A DNA stretch of 64,000 nucleotides from Podarcis tiliguerta (taxonomy: Eukaryota), in assembly GCA_965153285.1 (NCBI GenBank), contig OZ229112.1. The stretch is one strand, 5' to 3'. Under the pieces are notes generated by a model, which worked only from the letters and a program-made list of their open reading frames with translations, searched no databases and was not told the DNA's origin. A program made the position numbers and the translations under genes. Shown in pieces: positions 27,457 to 40,599 of this stretch. Position 1 is the first letter of the stretch. Each line of letters begins with the position of its first letter.

Positions 27457-27791
27457 GGGACGCGGGTGGCACTGTGGGTTAAACCACAGAGCCTAGGACT
27501 TGCCGATCAGAAGGTCGGCGGTTCAAATCCCCGCGACGGGGTGAGCTCCCGTTGCTCGATCCCTGCTCCTGCCAACCTAGCAGTTCGAAAGCACCTCAAA
27601 GTGCAAGTAGGTAAATAGGTACTGCTCGGGCGGGAAGGTAAACGGCGTTTCCGTGCGCTGCTCTGGTTCACTAGAAGCGGCTTAGTCATGCTGGCCCCAT
27701 GACCCGGAAACTGTACACCGGCTCCCTCGGCCAATAAAACCCCAGAGTCGGCCACGACTGGACCTAATGGTCAGGGGTCCCTTTACACCTT
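27457..27791 (+). mobile_element. Full-length Sauria SINE
   Basis: gggacgcgggtggc(a)ctgtgggttaaacc head, B-box ggttcaaatccc, gagtcggccacgact Bov-B-like tail, ccttta terminus; 12-bp TSD taggcactacct (27444-27455, 27792-27803). Confidence 0.93.
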
Positions 27792-28520
27792 TAGGCACTA
27801 CCTCTTTCAGCTCTATATACTTTTCAGAGCTTATCTGTACCTGAGTAGCTTAACCAGAAGGTTCAGTAACTGAGAAGGGCATGGGGGTAGGCGAGTTATT
27901 TGGGGAAAGGAAACTGGACTGCCCTGCAACTCCTATCAAATAACTGGTCAGCTGTGTCTGTGTTCACTGATCTGTAAACATCACAGAGCTTTCCAGCACT
28001 GCCATGCAAAAACATGGATCCAATGCACAGATACTTAAGGATCATCATCATTTGTGCAAGGAATCCCCTCAAAACCATTATCAAATCGTATGTCTTTGTG
28101 CCTTCTGTGGCTGGTTTTGTTGTCATCTTATATAAAGACCATGGAAATCCACGAGGATATTGGGGTCTGCCATAGAGAATGCCCTCTCCAGGACCACCAC
28201 CACCCAAACTCCTGAGGGTAGTGGAACTACCAAGAAGCCCCTTCTGCTGATCTTAACACCTGGGAGGGGCTGTAGGGTTTCCATAAGATAGGTTAAAGGG
28301 TTTTTCTGTCTCAGAAAGGTAGGATATTTCAGGTTAGAGTACATCGCCAAAGACATTTTAAAGCAAATGCATAAATACTGGTTTTTTATTTTTATTTTTA
28401 TTTTTAAAACCCATCTTTTCGATATGCTTTTAAGAGTTAATGCAATGCTTTTATGGATTTTCAACAGACTTACGTTTGGGTTTTTTTCCTCCCTTTTGCT
28501 AATGATGTGGAAATTGACAG

Positions 28521-29211
28521 AACCAGGAAAATCATGAAAGAAGATTTGCCAAAAAATCCTCCTCCGCTGAAGAAGAAACAAGACATTTTATCATGCACAA
28601 AAAAGTCAGAAACACTAAAGGTGAAGGCAGATCTGCTGTTCCATATACAGGAGACAGCAGTTCGGTAATGGAATCCGCAGCAAATGGAAGTCAGACTGAA
28701 GGCAGTGAAAAAGAAGCAAGTCATTCTGAAAGTAGCATTGGTGCAGACAGTGAGGCCTCTGAAAGCGAAAGTCATTCTAAGCAAACTGCTTCCAGCAGAG
28801 CTTGTAGCACACCTGGTGTGTGCACTGATGAGCATAAACATTTATCTGCAAGCATTAAATCACAGTGTAACAAATCAAGTGATGGCGGTACAGAGGGACT
28901 TACTACTGGCTTATCAAACCTCTGCTTGGGTAGTGGTGTCAGTGAGACTGAAGGGAATCTCAGTAGAGATCAGCTGTCAAGTCTCTCCAACAACATAGAC
29001 GTTTCAGCAGAGAACCCCACATTACTGCAAAACCCTCAAAATGCTTTCCAGACTCTTTCTCAGTGTTACATAACTAGTTCTAAAGAATGTTCAGTCCAGT
29101 CATGCCTCTACCAGTTTACATATGTGGAGCTCTTAATGGGAAACAACAAACTTTTGTGTGAGAAGTGTACGGAACGGAAACAGAAGCACCAGAAGAAAGG
29201 AAATTTCACAG
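28521..29211 (+). CDS. USP45: USP45 large coding exon (Ser/acidic insertion in the USP domain plus second CxxC)
   Basis: gacag|AAC...ACAG|gtaat; same frame as ORF 28593..29279; contains SEKEASHSES and PQNAFQTLSQCYITSSKECSVQSCLYQFTYVELLMGNNKLLCEKC; 691 nt, phase 0-1. Confidence 0.94.
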
Positions 29212-31145
29212 GTAATGAAATGGTGGCTGAGTATATTGTTTTACATAGACAACTTTCTAGGGTCCAAAGGAGTGTATGATTCTGGCACACTTGGGGAGGG
29301 ATGGGGAATGTATTTTATGCCTTCAAAAGCAGCCACCATCCTGCATGGTAAACTGCATTTGAGAGGAATTTCAAAGACCTTTTGTCACCCGGCATGAAAG
29401 TCCGCTCTCCAGAGATAAAGTTCAGAACTCTTTTTGGGCATTTCCAAGACCTTGATCAGCCTAAAATAGTCCTTTGGATTCTGGCTGAATAACCAAGAGA
29501 CCCTGAAAAGCTGTATGATTGCACCACAGAACACAACCAGTGACATTTAAGAGACTGAACTAATGTGCATTTTTGAGGGGAACCTGTTCATCTCACCATG
29601 TCTTTGCAAATCTTTTTGACCTCAGTACAGTTCTTCTTAAATCTTTTTAACCATTACAATTGTATGAAACAAGCACAAATGGGGCCTGCAACATAAGGTT
29701 GTGGTGTGCAGTGCTCCCATGCAGGATTCGGGACAGTTGGTTGTCATTCTATGCTCACTCAGGCAAGCTCAGTCCTCTTTGGGCTGTCTCTCTACAGAAC
29801 TTGTGATTCTCCAGAGCATGCTAATAACCTCCCTCTTCTGTGTGAATAATGCCATTTTGGCTACAAATGCACTCAATTACATATTGATGTGATACATTCA
29901 AAGCATTTCAAATTTATAAAAAAAAAACTCCACCAAACCTTAACTCTAATTGGCATATAATACAAAGCTTGTGATTGATGAAATTTATGCAGATTCCCCA
30001 GATATGTAATTTATTCTAGTAGCATAAATAGGTTTTGTCTATACGCACGTGTGATTTATATATTAAGGACCTAAATAAATACGACATTTGTCACCATCTT
30101 TCATTAATTTGTATTTGTATATTAATGCCCTCTTGTGGCCAAAATGCATTTACAGTGTTTTTCTTCTTCTATTGATGTCTCCCAGTTCCTCTCAGCAAAA
30201 TCACTCCAACGTGAAAGATATGGAGATTTGTAAACATGGGAAATAATGCAGTTGGAGAGTGGCTAGGTGGCAATAGTTGCCTCTAGCTGAATTTTCTCTG
30301 GCAGAAGCTTACTCCCTTCAGATCATAATTTAGGAGTTTACCAATATGACTTGCTGGACCAGACTAAGGTCTGTCTACTTCCACAAGTTGTTTGCCCTTA
30401 GCACCAGATAATCAGAGATATATTGCTTCAGTGCATGGAGACACTATTTTGAGTGTCCGGGCTAATTAAAAATTGATAAGTGTTTCTTCCGTGACTGTAT
30501 CTGTTTTAAAAGTGGATTTACTGTAAATTTTTTTACACAAATTTGTATATGATCAGTAAACTGAATATCATCCATGTTCACCTGTATAAAACATGGGGAA
30601 AGCACACAGTCCTGATTAGCAGTAATATAAATATCTGTGTATCATATACTTGCTGTACTGTCCATGAAGGTTTTTCTTCTTTTCAGAACTGATAGTTGCT
30701 ATTGAAGTAGGACTTACATAAATTTGCTATGCTAGGGGCAACAGGATTTCCCAGAGCCATTCCTTTAGTTTGACTATAAAATTTATAATCAAATCTGAAA
30801 TATTTTTTCTCCAATATTATGTCCAAAATATCCAGCAGAAAAGGAGAGGGGCTTCTGACCATTTTTGAACATTCAATATGTTCACTGAGCCAGTGTTCTC
30901 AGTAGAAAGTCTAATGGAATTAAATCTTGGAGACTTTTAGCTCAGATATTTAGCTGTGTTGGTGACTTTAGGAAAATCATTGTGTATTTAACCTCAGCTG
31001 CCATTTGAAAAATAGGAATATAGGACTTTTACTAAACATTCATCTTTCTGGATTTTTGTGGGGATTGTATGCATACTTAAAATACTACAGAAAATAAAAA
31101 AATACTGCCATGCTTTTTAAATTGGTATATTTTTTTTCTGTACAG

Positions 31146-31243
31146 AAAAGAAAATAGAAGGTGTATATACAAATGCCAGGAAGCAGCTGTTGATTTCTTC
31201 GGTTCCTGCTGTTCTTGTTCTCCATCTGAAAAGATTTCATCAG
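31146..31243 (+). CDS. USP45: USP45 coding exon
   Basis: gtacag|AA...CAG|gtaaa; EKKIEGVYTNARKQLLISSVPAVLVLHLKRFHQ (LKRF motif); phase 1-0. Confidence 0.96.
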
Positions 31244-31960
31244 GTAAAGTTTTGAAATAAGGTGTTATTGAAAGGAGTTATAATTTTGGACTGTACTGAA
31301 TTTCTGTAAAACTGTATTTTCTCCAGAGTGACTAGTGATTCTTCGGCTGATGAAAATTATCCTCATCCATGTCACATTTTGACTGTGGAAGAAATATCAA
31401 AGACTTGATCCTTTTATACACAGCCAAAGAAAATTGTGTTTTAGGGTGGTATCCATTACTAATCCTACTCTGACCAGACCCCATTGAAGTTAATACACAT
31501 GACTAACAAAGGTTCATGAATTTCAAAGAGTCTACTCTGAGTAGGATTTGTTGGCTCTTAATGTTGTGTGCTGCCTTGTTATATTTTCTATGACTGTATG
31601 GTTTATAAATATATAATGTAGAAATGACTAAGCCATTTTGTTAGTGGATCTTTAGCTTTATAGGATTTTTCAAAAATGCAGTTTAGTTCTGTACAATACA
31701 TAATTTCAACAGATGCAGCTTTTCTCTTCGTGGTACTGCAATTTAGCCTTCTATGTTGCATTTCTGCATGACTGAATTTAGCAATTTTCTTATCAGCATA
31801 TCAAGTAAATAAATAAATTTGTCAGTGTACGTATATTATTCTTGTCATTGTAGTCGATTCAGAATTTTTGAATTTAAAAAGTTCAGTACTGTGCTTTTGC
31901 AGTACAGCTGGATTCGGGTGGCACTCAAGTAGAAATAGTAAATATTTCATTTTTCTTCAG

Positions 31961-32047
31961 GCTGGCATGAGTCTAAGGAAAGTAAACCGTCATGTGGATT
32001 TCCCTCTTGTTTTGGACTTGGCTCCGTTTTGTTCTGCTTCTTGCAAG
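31961..32047 (+). CDS. USP45: USP45 coding exon
   Basis: tcttcag|GCT...AAG|gtatg; [29 protein letters not shown]. Confidence 0.96.
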
Positions 32048-32371
32048 GTATGGCATGTCAGAAGCACATTTCAATTTATACAGTACTTCAAAGATAATTT
32101 CAGGCTTCAGTTTTTAGAGCTGTCTTTGTTTTCAAGTGATGCCTAAGGCTTCCCCTTAAATCACAGAAAGCCTCATTTCTGTATTGAATTGGTAATAGCT
32201 TAAAAACACACACACAAAAAACACCTTTTGCTAGCCTAAGATGTAGAATTAGTGAAGGCTTGTCACTGTTTTTGCTAATTGTTATATTTTTAAGCTGAGT
32301 ATGTTCTCAAAACTCACTGCATAGAAATCACATTTCCCCCTTTCTGTCTCCCTTTTGTTTTTGCAATGAAG

Positions 32372-32525
32372 AATGTGGCAGATGGTGGGAAAGTTCTCTA
32401 TTCTCTTTATGGAATAGTGGAGCATAGTGGGTCCATGCGAGGAGGTCACTATGCAGCATATGTGAAAGTCAGAGCACCATCAAAAAAGATTTTGGAGCAC
32501 ATTTCTAGCAACAGAAATGTTCAAG
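32372..32525 (+). CDS. USP45: USP45 coding exon containing the catalytic His box
   Basis: gaag|AAT...CAAG|gtatg; NVADGGKVLYSLYGIVEHSGSMRGGHYAAYVKVRAPSKKILEHISSNRNVQ; His codon 32447-32449. Confidence 0.96.
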
Positions 32526-32779
32526 GTATGTAGCTAAATAAAATGATGTAATTTTGGGACACTGACATCTAGTACATTAAATGCATGCCCTTTTCTCGGT
32601 ATCACGCAGCTGGTTTTATCAGTTCAGTACTTCTGCAGGCTACAATAAACATTTATCTTTTAGATCCAGCCCACCTTTTTCCAGCAAAAGGACAATTAAG
32701 ACATTCCGTTTCTTATGCTTGCAATAATTTGCACATTCAAGATTTCCAGTTACATAAATAGTAACTTTTGAATCTGGAT

Positions 32780-33070
32780 GCTGGAAGATTCAGGACATGC
32801 TGAAGGAAGTACTTCTTCACACAGCACATAATAATTAAAACGGTGGTAGTAATAATGGCCACCAACTTGGATCTGTCTAAAATATTAGACAGATGCATGG
32901 ACAGTAAGGCCATGAATGGCTAGTAGTCATGATGGCTATGTTGGAAGCAGTAAGCCTCTGAATACCAGTTGTTGGAAGTCAGTGGGGAGAGCACTATTGC
33001 ACTTAGGTTCTGCTCATAGGCTTCTCATACGCATCTGGTTGGCCGCCATGACAAAAGAGTGCTCTTCTTA
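32780..33070 (+). mobile_element. Degenerate CR1 LINE 3' fragment
   Basis: ggaagattcaggac...aagtacttcttcacacagcacata...tggccaccaacttgga...catctggttggcc resembles the reptilian CR1 3' end; similar tail at about 5630-5720. Confidence 0.6.
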
Positions 33071-33388
33071 ACATTTACTGCTGAAATCTTGTATCTTCTA
33101 CATTGGAGATAATATGTCATTTCACATTGTTCAGGACTCTGTGTATTATCCAGGACTGCTGGATATCTGTGCTGTAAACTCAATGATTCTGCATTTACAA
33201 AGCAGCCCCATAAACTGTAGGCATGGGTATCTTCAGAAGCTAAGTTTTCTCTTTTTTTAAATATCAGTGTGTAGCCTGCACAGAAGAAGAAATGTATTTG
33301 TAACATGGACAAGTTTCTAGTGAAATCTCAAGAGGCTAGAAAGGAGAAGAAATCCACTGCTCATGTAATGGGGTTTTGGTGCTCTGTG

Positions 33389-33544
33389 CATAGCTGTCAA
33401 CTTTCAGATTTGAAAATAAGGGATCAGCAGCCTCACCTGTCCCGGGGACAGTCTACGGGATATCTAACAATCCGGGATAGCAGCGGGAAATGGTGCTGGA
33501 ATAAGGGAATTTCCCACAAAAAAAAGGGAAGGTTGACCGCTATG
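33389..33544. mobile_element. hAT-type MITE (156 bp)
   Basis: TIR catagctgtcaac / gttgaccgctatg (12/13); perfect 8-bp TSD gctctgtg (33381-33388, 33545-33552). Confidence 0.9.
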
Positions 33545-33899
33545 GCTCTGTGCACTTTTATTTCCATTTCTTCTCTGCCCCCAGCCCCCACTACTGGCCC
33601 TTGTCTCCCTGCCCAAGCACAGAGCAGTGGAGGTATCCAACAAAGTAGCTTCAGTTTTCAAGGCCACCCTAGCTCACTCCAACATGCAGTTGGGAAAACA
33701 CTGCCTTTCCTCATTTGTACTCTTTTGCTAAGACAGTTTTCAAAGCTGGCAGTACTGAGAATATGAAAACAAAGTTTCGGTGAATTTTATACAATAGCAA
33801 ACCTTCCAAATTCTCACAGTTATTGGCTTAGTCATATTGTATTATCTTTTGCACTATGATGGTAATTAATAACTTTTTGTTTTGTTTTTTGCATTTCAG

Positions 33900-34030
33900 G
33901 TTTGAAAGACTCTGTAGGAGCTGCTGTAGGACAGTGGGTATATGTCAGTGATACCCATGTACAAGCAGTTACAGAATCAAGAGTATTAAATTCACAAGCT
34001 TACTTGCTTTTCTATGAAAGAATACTGTAG
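33900..34030 (+). CDS. USP45: USP45 terminal coding exon
   Basis: atttcag|GT...; [43 protein letters not shown] with TAG at 34028-34030; WxxxSD and AYLLFY USP motifs. Confidence 0.96.
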
Positions 34031-35421
34031 CTGTAATCAATACTGAAAGTCTAAGTTATTTTTGTGTTTTCTTAAATGCAGTAGTACATGTAAATATTGT
34101 GCTTTTATCTGTTCTCTAAAACAAAATTTACCATGATTTCTTACTTTAAAAACAATGCCTTGCATTCTGAGAAGCTGGTGCATGCACAAAGCACCTAGAT
34201 GCACACATAAGTAGGGTAGCTTACTATGCTGATTGGCAGCTGCCCATCAAAGAGCAGAGGATGCAGTTTCAGCACCCTGTGTTGCTGCTTTTGGAAGGGG
34301 CATGTTGAGCTGCCACCAGAGTGGAGGAACAGAAAATCACCTCATGTGTAAGTGGAAATAACTTCATGTTTCCCTGAATATATGCCCACATGCTCATTAT
34401 TTAAATCCCCAATATGCATTTGAAACAATGTGCTTGAAAACTGAATACTGTAGTGAAATTTCAGTTTCGGATAAGCAAAATTTTAAAAAACATGAATTGA
34501 GAAATGAACTGGAGTTGTGCCTGATTTTTCCTTAATACAGACGTAGGGTTGCAGCTCACATAAGCAGACTCTTTCTCCACCTTTCTCTTGCAAAAAGGGG
34601 AGGCAGAGGACTGTACAGCAAAGACTAGAGCAAAATTCTTCCACCTAATTTTGGTGATTTCCCCCCTCCCACTGCAAGCTAGTATAACACAACCCTCACT
34701 GTGCAACCCTCTCCTTTGGAGAAGGCTTTTTTTTTGGGGGGGGGGTGTACAGAAGGGAGTGGGGAAGAGAGAGAGAGAGAGATTGCACAGGCTTTCTGTT
34801 TGTGCAACCATTAAGAGCTAGCCTGTGGCATTCACTAATCGTGTTTCTTTAAAACTTTGCTGTAGTTTGTTAAGTTGCAAGCTCAACAATTGAGTTCTAC
34901 TCTGTTGTGTATGCTTTAGTTGAGATTCCTGCATTGCAGGGGGCTGGACTAGATGACCCTTGGGTCCCTTCCAACTTTGCAATTCTGTGATTCTGTCAGT
35001 TCATATATTAAAAAAAAAAAAGGCATGTTGCACAGTTCTTCTAGAACTGATTCTCTTCTGAATGCATGTTGAGTTCTATATGCAGAAAGTTGAGTACATC
35101 AGGGAGTAGATTAGAACAGAACCATTAAAACAGAACCTTTCTACCTTATGTGCTCCCTTTTCACATTCAAGGAGTGCTTGACATGGAAGTGTATTCAGAT
35201 ACGCACCATGACTATAGTCACTGTGCTACTTTTTCGGAACATTTGACTTTGCTTATAGATATGGTAACAACAAACACCATGCAACAGGCTGTTTTTGACT
35301 ATGTAACTTCTTATTTCAAGCACAATTCAACATATAATATCTCACAAGTCCATTTGGTTCCTAAATTGGCATATTGGCAATAACCACAATATGGTATGCT
35401 TATGTTATGATGCTCCACGTA

Positions 35422-35675
35422 CAGTGGTACCTCTGGATACAAATAGGATCTGTTCCGGAGCCCCGTTCGCATCCTGAATAGAACGTAAGATGCGACTGCA
35501 CGTCTACGCGTGCGCGGGTCACATTTCGCCGCTCCTGCGCATGATGTCATTTTGAGAATCTGCGCATGCGCAAGCGGTGAAACCTGGAAGTAACACGCTC
35601 TGTTACTTCCGAGTCACCGCGGAGCGCAACCCGAAAATATTCATCCCAAAGCTACTTCACCCTGAGGTATGACTG
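35422..35675. mobile_element. Tc1/mariner (Tigger-like) MITE, CpG-rich
   Basis: TA TSD; TIR cagtggtacctc / gaggtatgactg. Confidence 0.85.
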
Positions 35676-37531
35676 TATCACTGCTTTGAGGATTCTAACG
35701 TTCCTCATATGTAGATATCGGATCAGATGGAAAACTTGAAGGTATGGCACGACAAGGATTCTGGGATAATACCTTGTTTTGCCCAACCGGGCTTCGTCAG
35801 CTGTGCATACTCTAAATTAAACAAACATGATGTAACATAATCCTTATACAAACTAAGTTACATAACATACAAATTAAACAACACGTTTACATACCATATT
35901 CTTGTATGATGGAAACATGGAACAAAATAAGTCCAGTTAATCCAATCACTGGCCAAAGTTCCTTTTTAAACAGAGAGGCAGTATAGATTCTAACTCTCCT
36001 GACCATCCATTGGACTTTAATTTCTCTTGATATGTTCTGTTTGCATGATGTGTTGGTCTTTGGAATTACACTTTGTGAGGTATTATATGTTGAATTGGGT
36101 TTGAAATATAAGTTACATAGTCAAAAACAGGCTGTTATGTTGTGTGTGTTGTTACCAGGATTGTACTTACGTAGCCTAAGGTTTAGTAGTGTTTTGCATT
36201 TGCTTATAGATATCCAAATATACTTTCTAGTCGTACATTATGTTCTCTGCCATTTATATCTGCAAAGCACCATATAGTCAAGCATGCTGATTTACTGCAG
36301 ACCCAACATTTTAGGGTGGTGATTGGATAACTTATAATTATACATTTTCTTAGTTTCTGTGATTAACACAATATATACACTACCAACTGTACTCAACTTC
36401 TTTTCTATTAAATATGGGGGGTGGGGTATATTGCTGTCTCTTTCAAAGGATCAGGGCTGCTGTTTATAACTGTCCTCAATAATATGGATTTATGCATATT
36501 ATTTCTGTTGTACAGAGGACAGTGGGACTAGCTCTGCATGTGAAATGCAGTTTTTTTACTTCTTATTTTTCACCTGTGCACCACATGATCTACTTTTAGG
36601 ACTTGGAGAATTTTAAAGAAAAATTATAATCTCTTTGTGGATGCTCCTTTTCAGCTTCAGGACAATCCAAGTTTCTCCTGTGCAATGAACTCCTCATATT
36701 CTAGGATACTCTTTAAATTGTAGCCATTGGGTTCCAGCCAGTTATGTGTCTTAGCTCGATGGTAAGGCTTCCATCAATGGAATGGGGAGGAAAGCAGTTT
36801 GGCATTGGGGGGGTGGGGGCTTCCAGAGCATATTTAAGGGAAGTAAGGGGCTGCAAGAGGGAGGAGGAATCATGGGAAATTGTTTCCCTTTCCAGTCACA
36901 GCAGCTTTGCTTACCAGCAGAGCAACACTGTTGGATATAACCCACTGCCTGCTAAAAACAAAAGAGTCAATTTAACAAGCTGTATAATGGGACAGCAGTG
37001 AGTGTGTCATGCACATGTGTATCCATCTATCTCTGAGTAATTTCTTGCAGAATACATCCAGAATATCTCTATACCCACCTCACTAATTCCAATTTTAATG
37101 ATAATTTATTGATATTATGCTATAATCCCAGCACTGGAGAGAAGAGTTGTTGTGACCTGTAGTAATCCATGATGATCCACATTTAATCTGATAATTTAAA
37201 GTAAATTAATCAGTTTCAGTGACTGATCATTTCCAGCTTACGTGTATCCCAACAAATCCATCACTCACCCATGCACATTTAGAGCAATGTAGCTTACTCA
37301 GATGTACCTTTTTATGCACAATCATATTCAGAATTTATTTTAAATGCTGCATTCCAGCACTTTGAGGATAAGACATGAAGATTCAAGTGCATACAGGAAT
37401 TTGTTATCTGTTTCAACAGGGGTTAAAACCCCTTACACTTAAAGGAAACGGTACCTATTCATCGGTACGGGAGTTCTGAAGAATGCATACACAAGCTCTG
37501 GAATGTGATTTATGTTTTGGTTTCTACATCA

Positions 37532-37537
37532 AATAAA
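37532..37537 (+). terminator. Candidate USP45 polyadenylation signal (AATAAA)
   Basis: First canonical AATAAA I noticed downstream of the USP45 stop; others near 38644 and 38806; usage cannot be determined from sequence. Confidence 0.3.
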
Positions 37538-40048
37538 GACATTATATTTTAAAATTTCAGTGGCACTTTTCTAAAAAGCATCCTTTAAAATTCACACAAT
37601 CCAAAGTTAAATTCTGTCAATTTAAAAGGGAGTTAACTACACTTTTTTAATGCTCACATTAAAATCAGTGGGCTTTAAATATGCTTCACTTTGGCTGGCT
37701 CATGATAGCAAATGAACAGTGTATGGGTTCTGCTCATGCTACAAAAGCCTAATTAGCTATCTACTTCTGAAGCTATCATAGTTGAGTGGTTTTCTGTGAT
37801 TTTTGAAAAAAGGATCTCTGCCCGTATCTCCCTTGCAATCTCCTGGTACTACCTCAGGTTTTCACCTCTTGTATTTATATTCAGCCCTAGAATTAGAATT
37901 CAGTATCCCAATAACAGACACGCTCCACCATCACTTATTCTTCCTCCCTCTTTGCTTTCCCTATGCGTTTCAGCCTTTTCAGCCTTTTGAAATGGCTCCT
38001 GACCTTTGACTTCTTTTTCTCTATACTAGCATGCCCATTTTAGTGTGGTTGTGGTTCAGACTGAAATCAGCCCTCTGACTGTAAAATACTTCCTCAGATA
38101 AGGAGGCATCATAGAAGGAAATCTAATACGACCACTACTGTAGTATGGTAACTGAGCAGTGCAAGTGGCACCATCTTCTGGCTAAATCTTGGAACTGCAC
38201 ACTGTAAAACCTGGATCTATTGGAATTTAGGCTACAAAGTATCAGGCCAGTACTTCCCAAGGCAAGGGTGTTCGCTTAGCAACTCAAGAGTCGCTGTGAG
38301 TTTTATGCATAAGGCACAATGAGAACTTGATTTGCCTGTTGGGAACAGCAGTGTGTTGAAAAGAAGTCTAGAATTTCAAAATACTTAATTTTGAAATGAA
38401 ATATTTTATATTTTTCCTCAATGGTTTACATATGATAGATTAAACCAGGGAACTTTGTGAGGCAGATGATACTTAGAATAAATTTAGAATGCACTATGAA
38501 TAACAGATTTTCTATTCCTTAATATTTCAGTATACTAGTAAACTTGGATTATATTAAAATATTCAGGCCAATAATATATTGCAGAGGATACTTGTGTAAT
38601 GATGAGCAAAGAGAAATGCAAGCATAATTTACTTTGTATGTGCAATAAATGAACTATTACTGTATTTTTACATATTTTATGTATAAAATGTATAGAGAAT
38701 GTTCAACAGGAATATGTATTTAATTGAATGGAGGCAAAATATGAAAATGTCTGCTAAATATATACCATTGGGATACAAAAACACTTGTTTATTTTTGATT
38801 GTCAAAATAAAACATACAAGTCAGCACACAAGTTGAGAAGAATGTTCAGTTTACATTTATTTGAAGGGGTAAGATAAATTATTAACTGAAATCCGGTGTA
38901 ATATTCTGGTTTTTAAATTATTCTTTCTCCAAGCTAACTTTTTTCAGTATGTGGGTTCATTAAAGTCACCCCACTTTAGGATGGGAAAGGGCTTATTTTG
39001 AACCCACAGCTTACCCAGAATCTATCGTTCCCTTACTTCTCTGAGGTGTGTTGTATATTTAAGATGTTGGAAAATAATAGTGGGAAATTTCCAGAAATGA
39101 ATGTCAGATGTTAAACAGATTATTGTGTTTGATTTCATTAAGACGGGTGGGGGATCATGCTTTCCCTAACTTGCCAAATGATTCTTTTACCATTGAGCTC
39201 ATGGGATGGATGTGGCTGTGTCAGCCTTGTCTGATGTGTCCCCACCATCATCTCCCTTACCTTTGCTTTGGTTAAGTGCTGTCACTGTGAGGAGTCAGAG
39301 AAGAGACACAGGCAGGCAATCTGGCACATGCACCTCTTGAGATCCAGCTGCAGATGGTTAGAGCTATGTTATGTCTTTTTGAATGATGCTGTGCTCTGCA
39401 GCTTGCCCCTTACTATGTGCCTGTTCTGCGAGTTGTAAAGTTTCCAGGCGAAAACAAATGGAATGTGTGAGGTAGATTGGATCAGGGGCCTTTCCTACCC
39501 ATAAGCTCAGGAGTCCATCCAAGTCCCTGGCCAACAACGGCAGGGCTTGGTGGAGCAGCACAGCTCTGCTGCTCATACCAGACAAGGTGGAAGGTAGGAA
39601 AAATACTCTTTTGCTGCACCAGCCCCACCCTAGGAATGCTGCTGGCAGTGGCTTCAGCTGGCCTACTGCTACAGCTTCCCTAATGACAGAGGTGGGCAGG
39701 ACTAAGCAGAGGGACACACCCACATCATGCAAATCCCTTCCAACACAGAACACAAAATGTGAAAATGTGGGATATAAATTAATGATTAAAAGTATTGTGT
39801 TTAATAAATCTATCTCAGATAAGAATGCACAAGATTGCAGCTCTAGAGTTCTGTGGGTTTTATCTAGATAAGAAGGCTGTGGCTGCAGTGCACCCACAAA
39901 TTCTGAGCATATTTATTTGGACCTGCGATGACCTGTATACTTACTACGAAGTAGGTTGCACTCAAATTCAGCGGGACTAACTGCAAAGCAAATTTGCATG
40001 GAAACGAGCAGCACGTCATTCACTGCTATGGATTTTTATTTCTAAATA

Positions 40049-40407
40049 AATTGATGCTTTTGACTTCTAGTGCTGGAGGAGACTCTTGAGAGTCCCATGG
40101 ACTGCAAGAAGATCAAACCTATCCATTCTGAAGGAAATGCTCACTGGAAGGACAGATTGTGAAGCTGAGGCTCCAATACTTTGGCCACCTCATGAGAAGA
40201 GAAGACTCACTGTAAAAGACGCTGATGCTGGGAAAGATTGAGGGCACAAGGAGAAGGGGACGACAGAGGACGAGATGGTTGGATAGTGTTCTCGAAGCTA
40301 CCAGCATGAGTTTGACCAAACTGCGGGAGGCAGCGGAAGACAGGAGTGCCTGGCATGCTCTGGTCCGTGGGGTCACGAAGAGTCGGACACGACTCAGCAA
40401 CAAAAAA
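40049..40407 (+). mobile_element. Bov-B (RTE clade) LINE, 5'-truncated 3' fragment
   Basis: Encodes CWRRLLRVPWTARRSN...LQYFGHLMRR...MLGKIEGTRRRGRQRTRWLD...GVTKSRTRLS, the Bov-B ORF C-terminus, with a deletion and an in-frame stop; caa tail. Confidence 0.93.
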
Positions 40408-40599
40408 TGTTTATAATTGCACTTTAGGGCGGCGTTAGATGTAGGTCACTCCGACTACTTCACTTGCCGTGCTTGCAACCTTAACGCGCACTCACCTAGG
40501 AATAATACCATTCAGTGTAGAATTTATTTCTGGGTAAACATGCACAGGAGCGTGGGGCATGTCTTAATTTTGCAAGGACCATCCACTGGGCTCATCCTT

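Noticed and set aside
27507-27755. Minus-strand ORF nearly identical to ORF 47021..47248, resembling a duplicated gene
   Set aside because: Both are antisense translations of Sauria SINE copies.
39364-39897. 177-aa minus-strand ORF
   Set aside because: No recognisable domain, non-ATG start, no supporting splice structure; likely chance.
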